Origin: an uncultured Bacillota bacterium | GTDB lineage: Bacteria; Bacillota; Clostridia; Christensenellales; UBA1242 | Length of the DNA stretch: 64,000 nucleotides | Assembly: GCA_938034555.1 (NCBI GenBank) | Contig: CALHLT010000015.1 | Coordinates: 4,786-68,785 of the forward strand | Reading direction: 5' to 3' | Shown: one piece after another, positions 10,801 to 18,679 of the stretch | Layout: the number at the start of each line of letters is the position of its first letter | Position numbering within the stretch: position 1 is the stretch's first letter | Notes under the pieces: generated by a model | The model's database searches: none | What the model was told of the DNA's origin: nothing | The model's input: the letters and a program-made list of their open reading frames with translations, nothing else | Translations under genes and position numbers: made by a program

Positions 10801-11225
10801 TTAACAGCGAAACTCTTTCAAGCGATGTTGAGGCTCTTTCAAAAAAACAAACAAAAATTTCCGAACAAGACCTTTCAAAAACTGTTTTGAAAAACATTTC
10901 TCTTCTTCGCGAGGTTTTGCCAAAAAATGGGAAAGTGTTTAAAGAAAAACAGTTTATGATTTACGCAAGCCCAAAAGAAATTTTTGGGGAAGGGGAGGAA
11001 GAAAGAATTTTAATTCAAGGGAAATTAGATTTAATTTTCGTTGGAGAAAAAAACATTTTAATTGACTATAAATACACATCAATTTCAAACGAAGAAAGAC
11101 TTATTTCAAAATATAAAAAGCAACTTTTAACCTATGCTTTTGCCGCCCAAAAAGCGCTTGGAAAAGATATTGACGAGATTTATTTGTTAAGTTTAAAGAA
11201 TTCGAAATTAATTAAAATTAATTAA
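7866..11225 (+). CDS. addA: helicase-nuclease AddAB, subunit AddA (UvrD/Rep-like helicase plus nuclease)
   Basis: Walker A SASAGSGKTTVM, FVDEFQD, TIHASKGLEF, LLYVALTRA, and C-terminal nuclease GKLDLIF...LIDYKYT. Confidence 0.92.
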   Translation: MERKKIEEQERVLDLDGESAIVSASAGSGKTTVMIEKVLKYLMQGVKVKNILALTFTNQAAAQMKQRLLSKLGELVEKTGRVEFANEIDSVLEADISTFHSFYEKIVKKYFYIVGIQPEFEILSNEKLLSLKDEAFLEAAQKLKKESFEKYLELCDVLGKKRSDRAIKERIFKIDNFLSSQYQPKVWLEKVSRSLYENKDETLSTFFGEIKNNVSYFKNKLNLLLEKANIFDEKELCKHINLCNLKIDELLNCKNENLLEFVSGEFSLPKLLKSQVSETQTFQDVKETKEEFGDYIKKIKAFDFGTYDNIVSSFESCKENITSLVNLYCDYKNLLDEKKRELGAFDFSDLETFCAKILENDEICNEIKNGYEQIFVDEFQDINPMQYAILKKISKNNNVLFVGDAKQSIYAFRQSDVEIFVDICKEFETAKEKQSLPLNCNFRTNKEILDFDNDVFKVLMTEKSCGINYEKNAMFKGESDNSCEGSSVKIVKVLKEEKEKEEAPSEVFKVLNSKRNFKNYSLESKAILKEVNNVINERIVLDGEEKKVNFGDISILVKNRSNLLVDLVSLFLENNVPFIVNDEFDLLSSKEVCLVISILKLCLNRNDDFALAAVMASHFGMFSFDELAKIKLFSNKEFFFEKVLEYSKENSNEISVKIQKFNSLLDRLNFEIQTNGASAALENLFYETKFFEFVLSLKGGKEREERLKQFLKYTQQSGFEFNLFGLVSYLTSISNLKTASLKKCDDNAVLITTIHASKGLEFPVVILGETGKDLTKTKPETDDLKIDKNLGFAIDNYNKAERKIYDSIFKQILYSRAKKKEIAENLRLLYVALTRAKNKLIITGEVSKGIEPITKLTNLEFIKPTYLNYILGALADCKNVKAEICEVFEVKNEKREVEAQNIEILKKAKEKIDFVYANENATKLALKTSVSEVAFGEEVQPYESANSLPNKFYVSEHLSEISTPEEGTIVHEILEKVDFNSETLSSDVEALSKKQTKISEQDLSKTVLKNISLLREVLPKNGKVFKEKQFMIYASPKEIFGEGEEERILIQGKLDLIFVGEKNILIDYKYTSISNEERLISKYKKQLLTYAFAAQKALGKDIDEIYLLSLKNSKLIKIN

Positions 11226-11329
11226 CAAAAAAATATTGAAAAATTATTAAAAAATATTGAAAAAATATTAGTTAATAATTTTTTTATGTGTTATACTAAC
11301 TTCGAATTTAACATGGAGGTTAAAAAATA

Positions 11330-13876
11330 ATGAAGTTATTAAACGTTGATATTTTTCAAAGTATAATAAATTTCTTCGAAACAATTAAAACAAATTTTTC
11401 GCTTGAATACTTATTATACATATTCGTTGGACTTGAAGTTTTAACAATCATTGTTTTCTCAATCGTTGCGCACAATGTTTATGAAATGCGCTTAACTCGT
11501 GCGGTTGATAAAATTAATGCTTATTTATACGAAGTTCAATACATTAATGAAAGCAATTTAATTGAGTTTAACAACATGATGAAAAGGGTGCCAAAAACTT
11601 TAAGATATCATTGGCAACAATATATGCTTAACAGAGATAAAGCACCAAGCGAATACATGTCGGTTGTTAACTGCATTGACAGACCGCTTAAAAGCAGCGC
11701 GCTTTCGGCAAACATTAAAGTTGCAAAGGCTTTAAGTTATATCTATGCAATTCTTTCGTTCATCTTTGCATGCGGTTTTGCATCAAGCCAAACAGACATT
11801 GGAACAGGCGTATACATTATGATTTTTGCAATTCCAGCAATGGTTTTGCTTTTGAACTACATTTTTGTTATCGCTTTGGACATTAGAAAAGCAAGCAACA
11901 CAAGCGAACTTTATCAAACATTCCACATCTTTAACAGATTTATTGATAAAGCGGTTTCAACAATGCCAAGTTATGTTGACTTTGAAGTTTTGTTCACTGC
12001 AAAAGAAATCAAACGCGGAATTCCTGTTTTGAACGAATACATTGAAAAACGCCAACTTCAAGAACAAGAAGAAATGAAGAAAGCAAGAGAAAATGCTATT
12101 CAACATGAAGCATACAATTTTGAAGAAGCAGGCGAGAAAGGCGAACTTGTTTTGGAACGCGCAATGAAAGAAACAGAAATCTTTGTTAGCATGCGCAATC
12201 GCTTGAACACGGAAATTGACCAATTCGAAAAAGAAATTGACAGTCTTAAACGTAGTTTTGAAAACACAAGCAAAGACTATCAAAAGAAACTTCAAGCAAG
12301 CAAGGAAAACACAGAGCGTTTAAGAGAGCAACAAGAAGCAACAACTAACCGTATTGAAAGCAACTACATCAGAAAACAACAAGCAGACGAAATTAAGAAA
12401 CAACAGCAAATTGAAAAAGACCAAACAGATGCTCAACTTAAATTTAATCAATCAATTGACAACTTAACTGCTGAAATCACAAAGAGAAAAGAAGAACTTG
12501 AAGAGGGCAGACTTAACGTTGAAAAATCAATGCTTGCAGAATACAAAACTTTCTCTAACAAAATTTACGAAGAAATTCGTGAAAGTGTTAACGAACGCGT
12601 TAAAAGCGAACGTGAAGAACTTATTGGGGCAAGAGAAGAGGTTGCTCGCGAACTTGAAAAAGCAATGACCCAAATTGACACTCTTGAAATGCAAAATAAA
12701 GTTTTAGTTAATAAAGCGGCAGAACGCGAAGCATATGTTAAAGCAAGCGTTGAAAAAGAAAAACGCGAACTTCAAGAAGAACTTGTTGCTAAACAAGAAG
12801 AAATTAATGAAAAGAACAAACAAATTCAACTTATTTCCTCAAGTTATGTTGAAGAAATTGAAAAATCTAATAAAGAGGTTAAAGAAGAGCAACCTGTTGA
12901 AGAAATTAAGATTGAAGAGCCAAAAGCAGACGAATTTGGCGGGAAATATGACGACAACGGAAACTATGTCTATCCAAACGGCTCATATTACGACCCACAA
13001 GGCAACTATCACGACGAAACTGGAAAAGTTTTTGATAAAGACGGCGTTTTAATTGAAGATAACAGCAAGCCAGAAGAAGTTGAACCAAAGAAAGAAGAAG
13101 TTCAAGTTCAAAAGCCTGCTCAAGAGCCTGTTGAAGAAAAAACTGAAGAGAAACCAGAAGAGAAACCAGAAGAAAAAACTGAAGAGCAAACTTTCGAACA
13201 AGTTGAAGATTTAACTGCGTTTAATAATGAAGAACCTGTTGAAACTTCGAATGAAGAACCTTTGGAAGAAGAACCTTCTGAAAACTTGGAAGAGGCAAGC
13301 GAAGAGCAAGAAACCGAGGAAAAACCAGAAGGTAAAAGACGCGGACGCCCAAGAAAAGAGCAAACAGAAGAGCCTGTTAAACCAGCTGGAAGACGCGGAC
13401 GCCCAAGAAAAGAACAAACCGAAGAGGCGCCAAAACCAGCGGGCAAACGCGGAAGACCAAGAAAAGAAACTGAACCTCAAGAACCAGCAGAAGAACCTGC
13501 TAAAAAACGCGGACGCCCAAGAAAGGAAGAAAGCGTTGAAACAGTTGCAAGCGCAGAGCCAGCAAGAAAACGCGGACGTCCTAAAAAAGAGGAGGCTGCG
13601 CAAGAAGTGAAGGAAGAACCAGCAAAGAAACGCGGTCGTCCTAAAAAGGAAGAAAGCGAAGAGTCTGTTAAACCAGCGGGCAAGCGCGGACGCCCAAAAA
13701 AAGAGCAAACAGAAGAAGCTCCAAAGCCAGCAGGCAAACGCGGAAGACCTAAAAAAGTTAACATCGACGAAAATTTGAAACTTATTGAAGAAAGACTTAA
13801 AGAACAAAACAGACTTCTTCAAGAGCAACAAAAAGCGCTTGATAAAACAGTTAATGGGGTTAACCCAAAAAATTAG
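11330..13876 (+). CDS. polytopic membrane / coiled-coil protein with eight C-terminal AT-hook (RGRP) motifs
   Basis: N-terminal TM helices, about 300 aa of E/K/Q heptad-like sequence, an acidic PE-rich linker, then 8x [KR][KR]RGRP[RK]K. Confidence 0.8.
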   Translation: MKLLNVDIFQSIINFFETIKTNFSLEYLLYIFVGLEVLTIIVFSIVAHNVYEMRLTRAVDKINAYLYEVQYINESNLIEFNNMMKRVPKTLRYHWQQYMLNRDKAPSEYMSVVNCIDRPLKSSALSANIKVAKALSYIYAILSFIFACGFASSQTDIGTGVYIMIFAIPAMVLLLNYIFVIALDIRKASNTSELYQTFHIFNRFIDKAVSTMPSYVDFEVLFTAKEIKRGIPVLNEYIEKRQLQEQEEMKKARENAIQHEAYNFEEAGEKGELVLERAMKETEIFVSMRNRLNTEIDQFEKEIDSLKRSFENTSKDYQKKLQASKENTERLREQQEATTNRIESNYIRKQQADEIKKQQQIEKDQTDAQLKFNQSIDNLTAEITKRKEELEEGRLNVEKSMLAEYKTFSNKIYEEIRESVNERVKSEREELIGAREEVARELEKAMTQIDTLEMQNKVLVNKAAEREAYVKASVEKEKRELQEELVAKQEEINEKNKQIQLISSSYVEEIEKSNKEVKEEQPVEEIKIEEPKADEFGGKYDDNGNYVYPNGSYYDPQGNYHDETGKVFDKDGVLIEDNSKPEEVEPKKEEVQVQKPAQEPVEEKTEEKPEEKPEEKTEEQTFEQVEDLTAFNNEEPVETSNEEPLEEEPSENLEEASEEQETEEKPEGKRRGRPRKEQTEEPVKPAGRRGRPRKEQTEEAPKPAGKRGRPRKETEPQEPAEEPAKKRGRPRKEESVETVASAEPARKRGRPKKEEAAQEVKEEPAKKRGRPKKEESEESVKPAGKRGRPKKEQTEEAPKPAGKRGRPKKVNIDENLKLIEERLKEQNRLLQEQQKALDKTVNGVNPKN
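13330..13760 (+). repeat. in-frame tandem repeats encoding the AT-hook units (about 18-20 aa period)
   Basis: Repeated CCAGC(T/G)GG(A/C)A(A/G)ACGCGGA(C/A)G(C/A)CC(A/T)A(G/A)AAAAGA units encoding PAGKRGRPRKEQTEE-type peptides. Confidence 0.8.
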
Positions 13877-13883
13877 TTAGATA

Positions 13884-13916
13884 AAATCGTTCCATTTTTG
13901 GGAGCGATTTTTATTT
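13884..13916 (+). terminator. rho-independent terminator
   Basis: 10-bp stem AAATCGTTCC / GGAGCGATTT (one G-U) with a T-rich tail. Confidence 0.65.
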
Positions 13917-14006
13917 TAACAAAATTATAAATCTTAATTTTATTGACAAGAATTAAATTGAAAAGTTTTGTCATATAATAAATTTGTGCTATTATTTTAA
14001 GGAAAT

Positions 14007-14897
14007 ATGAAAAAGATTTTTGTTTTAATGTTTATTATGCTTTTTGGCTTTTCGCTTGCGGGTTGCACATCGGCAGTTGAACTTTCGGCTGTTAACACAA
14101 ATTTCTCGTCATATTATTTTGTTGCAGATTTTTCAAGCGGATATGGAGCTCTTACGGAAAGCGAGCAAGCGGTTTTGAAAAATAAAGTGGAGGGTCTTGC
14201 AAGCGACTATCTTGATGACATAATTTTGCGTTACTACGCGGCATTAACCAGTTTTAAAGAGCAAGGATTTATAACTGAAAACGAAAAAATAATTTACAAA
14301 AATCATCTAAGTTCATATATGAATTGGAATGATGGGGCTTTTGCAATTGAACTTCGATTTGCTTCCAAAGCGTCCTCAAGAATTTTCATTCGAAGCGCTG
14401 AATATTCTGGTGCACAAAACGAAACAACAACATTTAAAACTGTTACAACAGAAAAATTTAAGGGCGTTTTCTCAAAAACAAAGAACAACATAATAACAAC
14501 AAGTTTGGAAGAATACTTTGAAACTGGCGCAAAATCGGCGCTTAGAACTCTTGGCGAGGAAACAGTAAACAAAATTCCAAATGTTGAATTCTATTATATG
14601 TTCATAACTCAAAATGTTAAATTGCGTGCGAAAAATGCGAATGAAACATTGGAGGCAGCGGGCGGAACAGTTTATTGCTTCTATTCAAACAGCGACTATT
14701 CTGAACTTGAATTCGAGTTTTATGTTGTTCAAGCAAACAGGCTTATATACTATTTAATTTGCCTTGCAATTGCCTTTATTTTCGTTGCAATCTATCTTAT
14801 TGTTATCTATTTTAAAAGGCCAAAAAACAACTTAGTTGAAGAGGGAAAAGACGATTCAACAACGAAATTTGAAATTCCAACAAACGGCGAAGGTTAA
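14007..14897 (+). CDS. lipoprotein with C-terminal TM anchor (296 aa)
   Basis: Lipobox FSLAG|C and a C-terminal helix LIYYLICLAIAFIFVAIYLIVIYF. Confidence 0.7.
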   Translation: MKKIFVLMFIMLFGFSLAGCTSAVELSAVNTNFSSYYFVADFSSGYGALTESEQAVLKNKVEGLASDYLDDIILRYYAALTSFKEQGFITENEKIIYKNHLSSYMNWNDGAFAIELRFASKASSRIFIRSAEYSGAQNETTTFKTVTTEKFKGVFSKTKNNIITTSLEEYFETGAKSALRTLGEETVNKIPNVEFYYMFITQNVKLRAKNANETLEAAGGTVYCFYSNSDYSELEFEFYVVQANRLIYYLICLAIAFIFVAIYLIVIYFKRPKNNLVEEGKDDSTTKFEIPTNGEG

Positions 14898-14937
14898 TTT
14901 AATTTGACTTTCGCTTTTTTTATGTTATAATTCGCGT

Positions 14938-15201
14938 GTGATTGACAGAAAAGAAAAACGAAAATTTAAAAAAGATGCAAAAAGAAGAATGATTGAAATG
15001 TTTGCGTCAATTCCTTTTGGTGTTGCGTTTGCATATCTTTTCTATTGGCTCAAACTTTCTGTTGGTCTTCAATTGTTTTTAACAGTTGTTTGCTGGGGAG
15101 CGATTATTGGAATTGTTGAACTTATTTTCTTTTTAGTTAATAAGGCAGTTCAAAAACGCGAGGCTTCAAAGCCAAAACGACGCGACCCATTTGCAGACTA
15201 G
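14938..15201 (+). CDS. small two-TM membrane protein (87 aa)
   Basis: Basic N-terminus followed by two hydrophobic helices. GTG start, so the call is weak. Confidence 0.45.
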   Translation: MIDRKEKRKFKKDAKRRMIEMFASIPFGVAFAYLFYWLKLSVGLQLFLTVVCWGAIIGIVELIFFLVNKAVQKREASKPKRRDPFAD

Positions 15202-15211
15202 GAGGAAGAAA

Positions 15212-16654
15212 ATGAGCGAGAAATTTAAAACCATGCCACACAGCATTGAAGCAGAACAATCGGTTCTTGGCTCGATGCTTATTGATAATGAGGCTCCACT
15301 TACGATTTTTTCGGCGCTAACAGGCGACGATTTCTATTCCGCTGTTAACAAAAAAATTTACGAAAGAATGCAAGAACTTTACAGAGCAAATAAGCCAATT
15401 GACTTTGTTACTTTAACCGATTTGCTTGATAAAAATGGCGAACTTGAAAATGTTGGAGGAATTGAATATGTTACAACATTAACAAATGCTGTTCCTTCGG
15501 CTGCAAACTTCAAATATTATGTTGACATTGTTAAACGCGATTCGCTTTTTAGAAAACTTATTTCAAGCGGACAAAAAATTATTGAAACTGCTTATGATGC
15601 AACCGACGACAAAGCAGCGCTTAAATTTGCCGAAAAAGAAATTTTTGATATTGCAGAAAATCAAGATGTTTCGTCGCTTGAACATATTGAAGGCGCTTTA
15701 AAAGAGGTTATTGAAAAACTTAATCAAATTGCAAAAGACCCAAATTCTCTTCGTGGGCTTTCAACTGGGTTCACGGATTTGGACGCTATAACAAACGGGC
15801 TTCAAAATTCCGATCTTATTTTGCTTGCTGCTCGTCCTGGCGTTGGAAAAACCTCTCTTGCAATGAACATTGTTACAAATGCTGCGGTTGACGGAAAGAA
15901 AAATTGTGCAATTTTCTCTCTTGAAATGCCAAAAACGCAAATTGCACAAAGATCTATGTGCTCGGTTGCGGGCGTTAGCATGGAAAAGGCTCTTAAAGGA
16001 CAACTTTCTGTTGATGAATGGACAGCAATGATTAAAGCAAGCCGCAAACTTTCGGAAGCGAACATTTTCATTGATGATTCAAGTATTAACGACCCTAACG
16101 ACATACTTTCAAAGTGCAGAAGAATTAAGAGAGAGCGCGGGCTTGACCTTGTTATGATTGACTATCTTCAACTTATGAAAGCGGACAAAAACTCCAACTA
16201 TGACAACAAAGTTTTGGAAGTTGGGGAAATAACAAGAACTCTTAAAATTGCTGCAAGAGAACTTAATGTTCCAATTATCCTTCTTTCGCAACTTTCGCGT
16301 GCTGTTGAGCAAAGAAAAGGCGACCATCGACCTGTTCTTTCCGACCTTCGTGACAGCGGTTCAATTGAGCAAGATGCCGACATTGTTATGTTCATTTATA
16401 AACCAGACATGTATAACGATGTTGTTACGGAAGAGAGCGATGTTGCAGAACTTATTGTTGCAAAGCACAGAAACGGGCGCCAAGGAACAGTTAAATTGCG
16501 CTGGATTGGCGAAACAACAAGTTTTGCAGATTATAACAAAGGACAACAACTTCCTAAGCCAAAAACAGTTGTTGCGCAAACAGACGAGGAAATTAAGGCA
16601 GAGCCTGTTATTGACGAAAAGGAGCTTGAAGAAATTAAAGACTTGTTTGAATAG
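15212..16654 (+). CDS. dnaB: replicative DNA helicase DnaB
   Basis: PHSIEAEQSVLGSML N-terminal motif, Walker A ARPGVGKTSLAMN, and IDYLQLM. SD AGGAGG sits 6 nt before ATG 15212. Normal length, so no intein. Confidence 0.95.
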   Translation: MSEKFKTMPHSIEAEQSVLGSMLIDNEAPLTIFSALTGDDFYSAVNKKIYERMQELYRANKPIDFVTLTDLLDKNGELENVGGIEYVTTLTNAVPSAANFKYYVDIVKRDSLFRKLISSGQKIIETAYDATDDKAALKFAEKEIFDIAENQDVSSLEHIEGALKEVIEKLNQIAKDPNSLRGLSTGFTDLDAITNGLQNSDLILLAARPGVGKTSLAMNIVTNAAVDGKKNCAIFSLEMPKTQIAQRSMCSVAGVSMEKALKGQLSVDEWTAMIKASRKLSEANIFIDDSSINDPNDILSKCRRIKRERGLDLVMIDYLQLMKADKNSNYDNKVLEVGEITRTLKIAARELNVPIILLSQLSRAVEQRKGDHRPVLSDLRDSGSIEQDADIVMFIYKPDMYNDVVTEESDVAELIVAKHRNGRQGTVKLRWIGETTSFADYNKGQQLPKPKTVVAQTDEEIKAEPVIDEKELEEIKDLFE

Positions 16655-16667
16655 AATTAAAAAATGT

Positions 16668-16693
16668 AAAACTCCCTTAAAGGGAGTTTTTTT
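16668..16693 (+). terminator. dnaB terminator
   Basis: ACTCCC-TTAA-GGGAGT hairpin followed by a T7 run. Confidence 0.75.
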
Positions 16694-16971
16694 ATGCAAT
16701 TTTTGCCATGCGTCATTCAAAAATTGGCAAAAAAAACGCGTTGCAAAATAGTTTTTGTTATTAAAATTTTATAACAACAGCATTTGCAAAATAGGTTTGA
16801 GAAAAATTTTAAGTAGGCTTTTATATGATTTTGGGCAAAAAGCAGGTCAAAAATTGCTAAACTTGGGGCGAAAAATGGGGAAAGAAAAAGAAAAAAGTCG
16901 AATTTTGTAAAAAAATATAAAAATGATTTTGATATTTTTACAAAAATTAGTAAAATAAATGGCAGCCATTG

Positions 16972-17001
16972 TTGACAATGTTAAAGCGCGATTTTTATAA
17001 T
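16972..17001 (+). promoter_or_regulatory. sigma-A-type promoter
   Basis: TTGACA (16972-16977), 18 nt, TATAAT (16996-17001). Confidence 0.6.
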
Positions 17002-17002
17002 C

Positions 17003-17204
17003 TAAGTGATGTTGGCTTGTTGCTTTGCAACAATCCAAGTTGCTTGGCAGCAACATCTGCAATAAATTGCAGCCTCACAGATTGGATTATCGTCAGTTGC
17101 TGGTAAATATACCTTCGGGCTGTTTGCCGTCAACTTTAGATAATGTTTTCGTGTCTATTAAAAATTTTAATAGGCTAGCTTTATTACGTAGCAAGGGGAG
17201 AATT
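17003..17204 (+). promoter_or_regulatory. long structured 5' leader (copy A of a leader also present at 48769..48927)
   Basis: About 200 nt between the promoter and ATG 17205. It shares conserved blocks, spacing and helices with the 48.8 kb leader (see findings). Confidence 0.45.
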
Positions 17205-17774
17205 ATGGAATTAAAAATTTGGGCAAAAACAATGTTAACAGTTCAAAGACATCTTGATAGGGTTACAAGAGCCTTGGATAAAATTATTTTAAAAAAAGCT
17301 GTTTCTTCAGCATTTGTGACATCAAAAAACTTGATGGAGCAAAGCTGTGAGCGCATTAGCAAATATATAATAAATCTTTCACAATCTAAAATCAATTTAA
17401 TAAATTTAAACACAATTTGCGTTAAATCGCTTAAAGGAATTGACAAAACTTCTGCCAAAATTTTGATTTTAAAGCATATTGACGGAAAACAAAGCAGCGA
17501 AATTGCTTCGCTTTTAGGGCTTAGCAACAGAACATATTTTCGCAGGCTTAATTTGGCTTATGAAAAAATTGAAAGTTGGCTTTTGGCAAATGGTTTTTCA
17601 TCTAGTTTTTTTGAGCAAAAATATGCTTGCGAAGGCTGGATTATGGAAGTTTATAACAAAAATTTGGAGTTTTTTGAAAATCCCAAACAAAGTGAAATAT
17701 CAACAATTGATGTTAGTTTCTTGAAAGGTATTGTTTCCGCAATTTCAAAAGCGGCTCATTCGTCATATTCATAA
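17205..17774 (+). CDS. sigma-70 region-4-like HTH regulator (Xpf/phage late-regulator-like), 189 aa
   Basis: ILILKHIDGKQSSEIASLLGLSNRTYFRRLNLAYEKI resembles a sigma region 4.2 HTH. SD GGGGAG precedes ATG 17205. The upstream part of the listed ORF (from 17025) is leader. Confidence 0.6.
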   Translation: MELKIWAKTMLTVQRHLDRVTRALDKIILKKAVSSAFVTSKNLMEQSCERISKYIINLSQSKINLINLNTICVKSLKGIDKTSAKILILKHIDGKQSSEIASLLGLSNRTYFRRLNLAYEKIESWLLANGFSSSFFEQKYACEGWIMEVYNKNLEFFENPKQSEISTIDVSFLKGIVSAISKAAHSSYS

Positions 17775-18604
17775 TAATCTTGGTGGTGCATTTTCTTGCG
17801 TTTTTTTCTAGGTTTTAAGTCCGCTTCTTCCATTGCGCGCGCCGTGATTTTTGTTGGACGAAAAAGAAGATAGATTATAACGAGGCAAGGCAAGCAAACC
17901 GCAACAATAATTATTATTTGAGTTACGGAAGGAAGCGAGCCCATTGCGTCGCCGTCGGCTGGAGTTGTTGAAGCGTCAACCGTGAAATCGGGCTCATCAA
18001 TGTATTCAAGAGGTTCGGTGTTTGCTGGAATTTCGGTTAAGGAATCGCAAAAGGCGTTATAGACATAGCCAAAAGATTCTTTTCCGCTTTTAATATACTT
18101 GCAAAAAAACCATGTTGAAGTTCGATTTGTTATTGCTTCTTCGCCTTCAATTTCGCCATAAAATTTTAAACTTGTTTCAAGATAGCCAATTTGTTCAATT
18201 GTGTTTAGCCCTTGCGATTGGGTTGGGGAGGAGCGAAGTTCAATTCCGCCAGGAACAAAAACACGAAAGGTTGCGTTTGCAAAAGGCGTTTCTGGAATTC
18301 CGTTTACGCATTGAACATCTGCTTTTTTAACATAACCATAAACATCAATATATCGAGCAGAGAAGAAGAGATTGTTGTCGCATTTGTCAATTTCAATATA
18401 GTAACTTTGAGGAATTGTGAAATACACATTCGTGAAATCCTCACTTCCGCTTGTTGAGCGATATAACTTAACTGTTTTCGAGATTGCTTTTGCAAAATAT
18501 GGTTCTTCGGCGCTAACTTGGCTTATAGTTGGACATGAGAAAAAAGATAGCAAAAGCATAAGCGAAAAAACAACTAAACAAATAAGGCAATTTTTTCTTT
18601 GCAT
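17756..18604 (-). CDS. secreted/TM protein with two SH3b-like repeats (282 aa)
   Basis: Signal peptide, two about 70-aa segments with SH3b-like spacing (YVKKADV..., YVYNAFCD), a TM helix IIIIVAVCLPCLVIIYLLF, and a basic tail. Its 3' end overlaps the convergent regulator gene by 19 nt. Confidence 0.6.
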   Translation of the reverse strand: MQRKNCLICLVVFSLMLLLSFFSCPTISQVSAEEPYFAKAISKTVKLYRSTSGSEDFTNVYFTIPQSYYIEIDKCDNNLFFSARYIDVYGYVKKADVQCVNGIPETPFANATFRVFVPGGIELRSSPTQSQGLNTIEQIGYLETSLKFYGEIEGEEAITNRTSTWFFCKYIKSGKESFGYVYNAFCDSLTEIPANTEPLEYIDEPDFTVDASTTPADGDAMGSLPSVTQIIIIVAVCLPCLVIIYLLFRPTKITARAMEEADLKPRKKRKKMHHQDYYEYDE

Positions 18605-18679
18605 GCTTAAATTTTAACAATTACACTAGGAAAAAAGCGAGAAGAAAAAGGTCGATTTTTGTTGTATATGCGAGGGAAA

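Noticed and set aside
13120-13831. Long ORFs in other frames and on the opposite strand across the AT-hook repeat region (13120..13446 -, 13211..13831 -, 13227..13610 +, 13477..13764 -).
   Set aside because: They are artefacts of low-complexity, repeat-coding DNA. The products are nonsensical (F/S/L-rich or K-rich), they lack SDs, and they lie fully inside a well-supported CDS.
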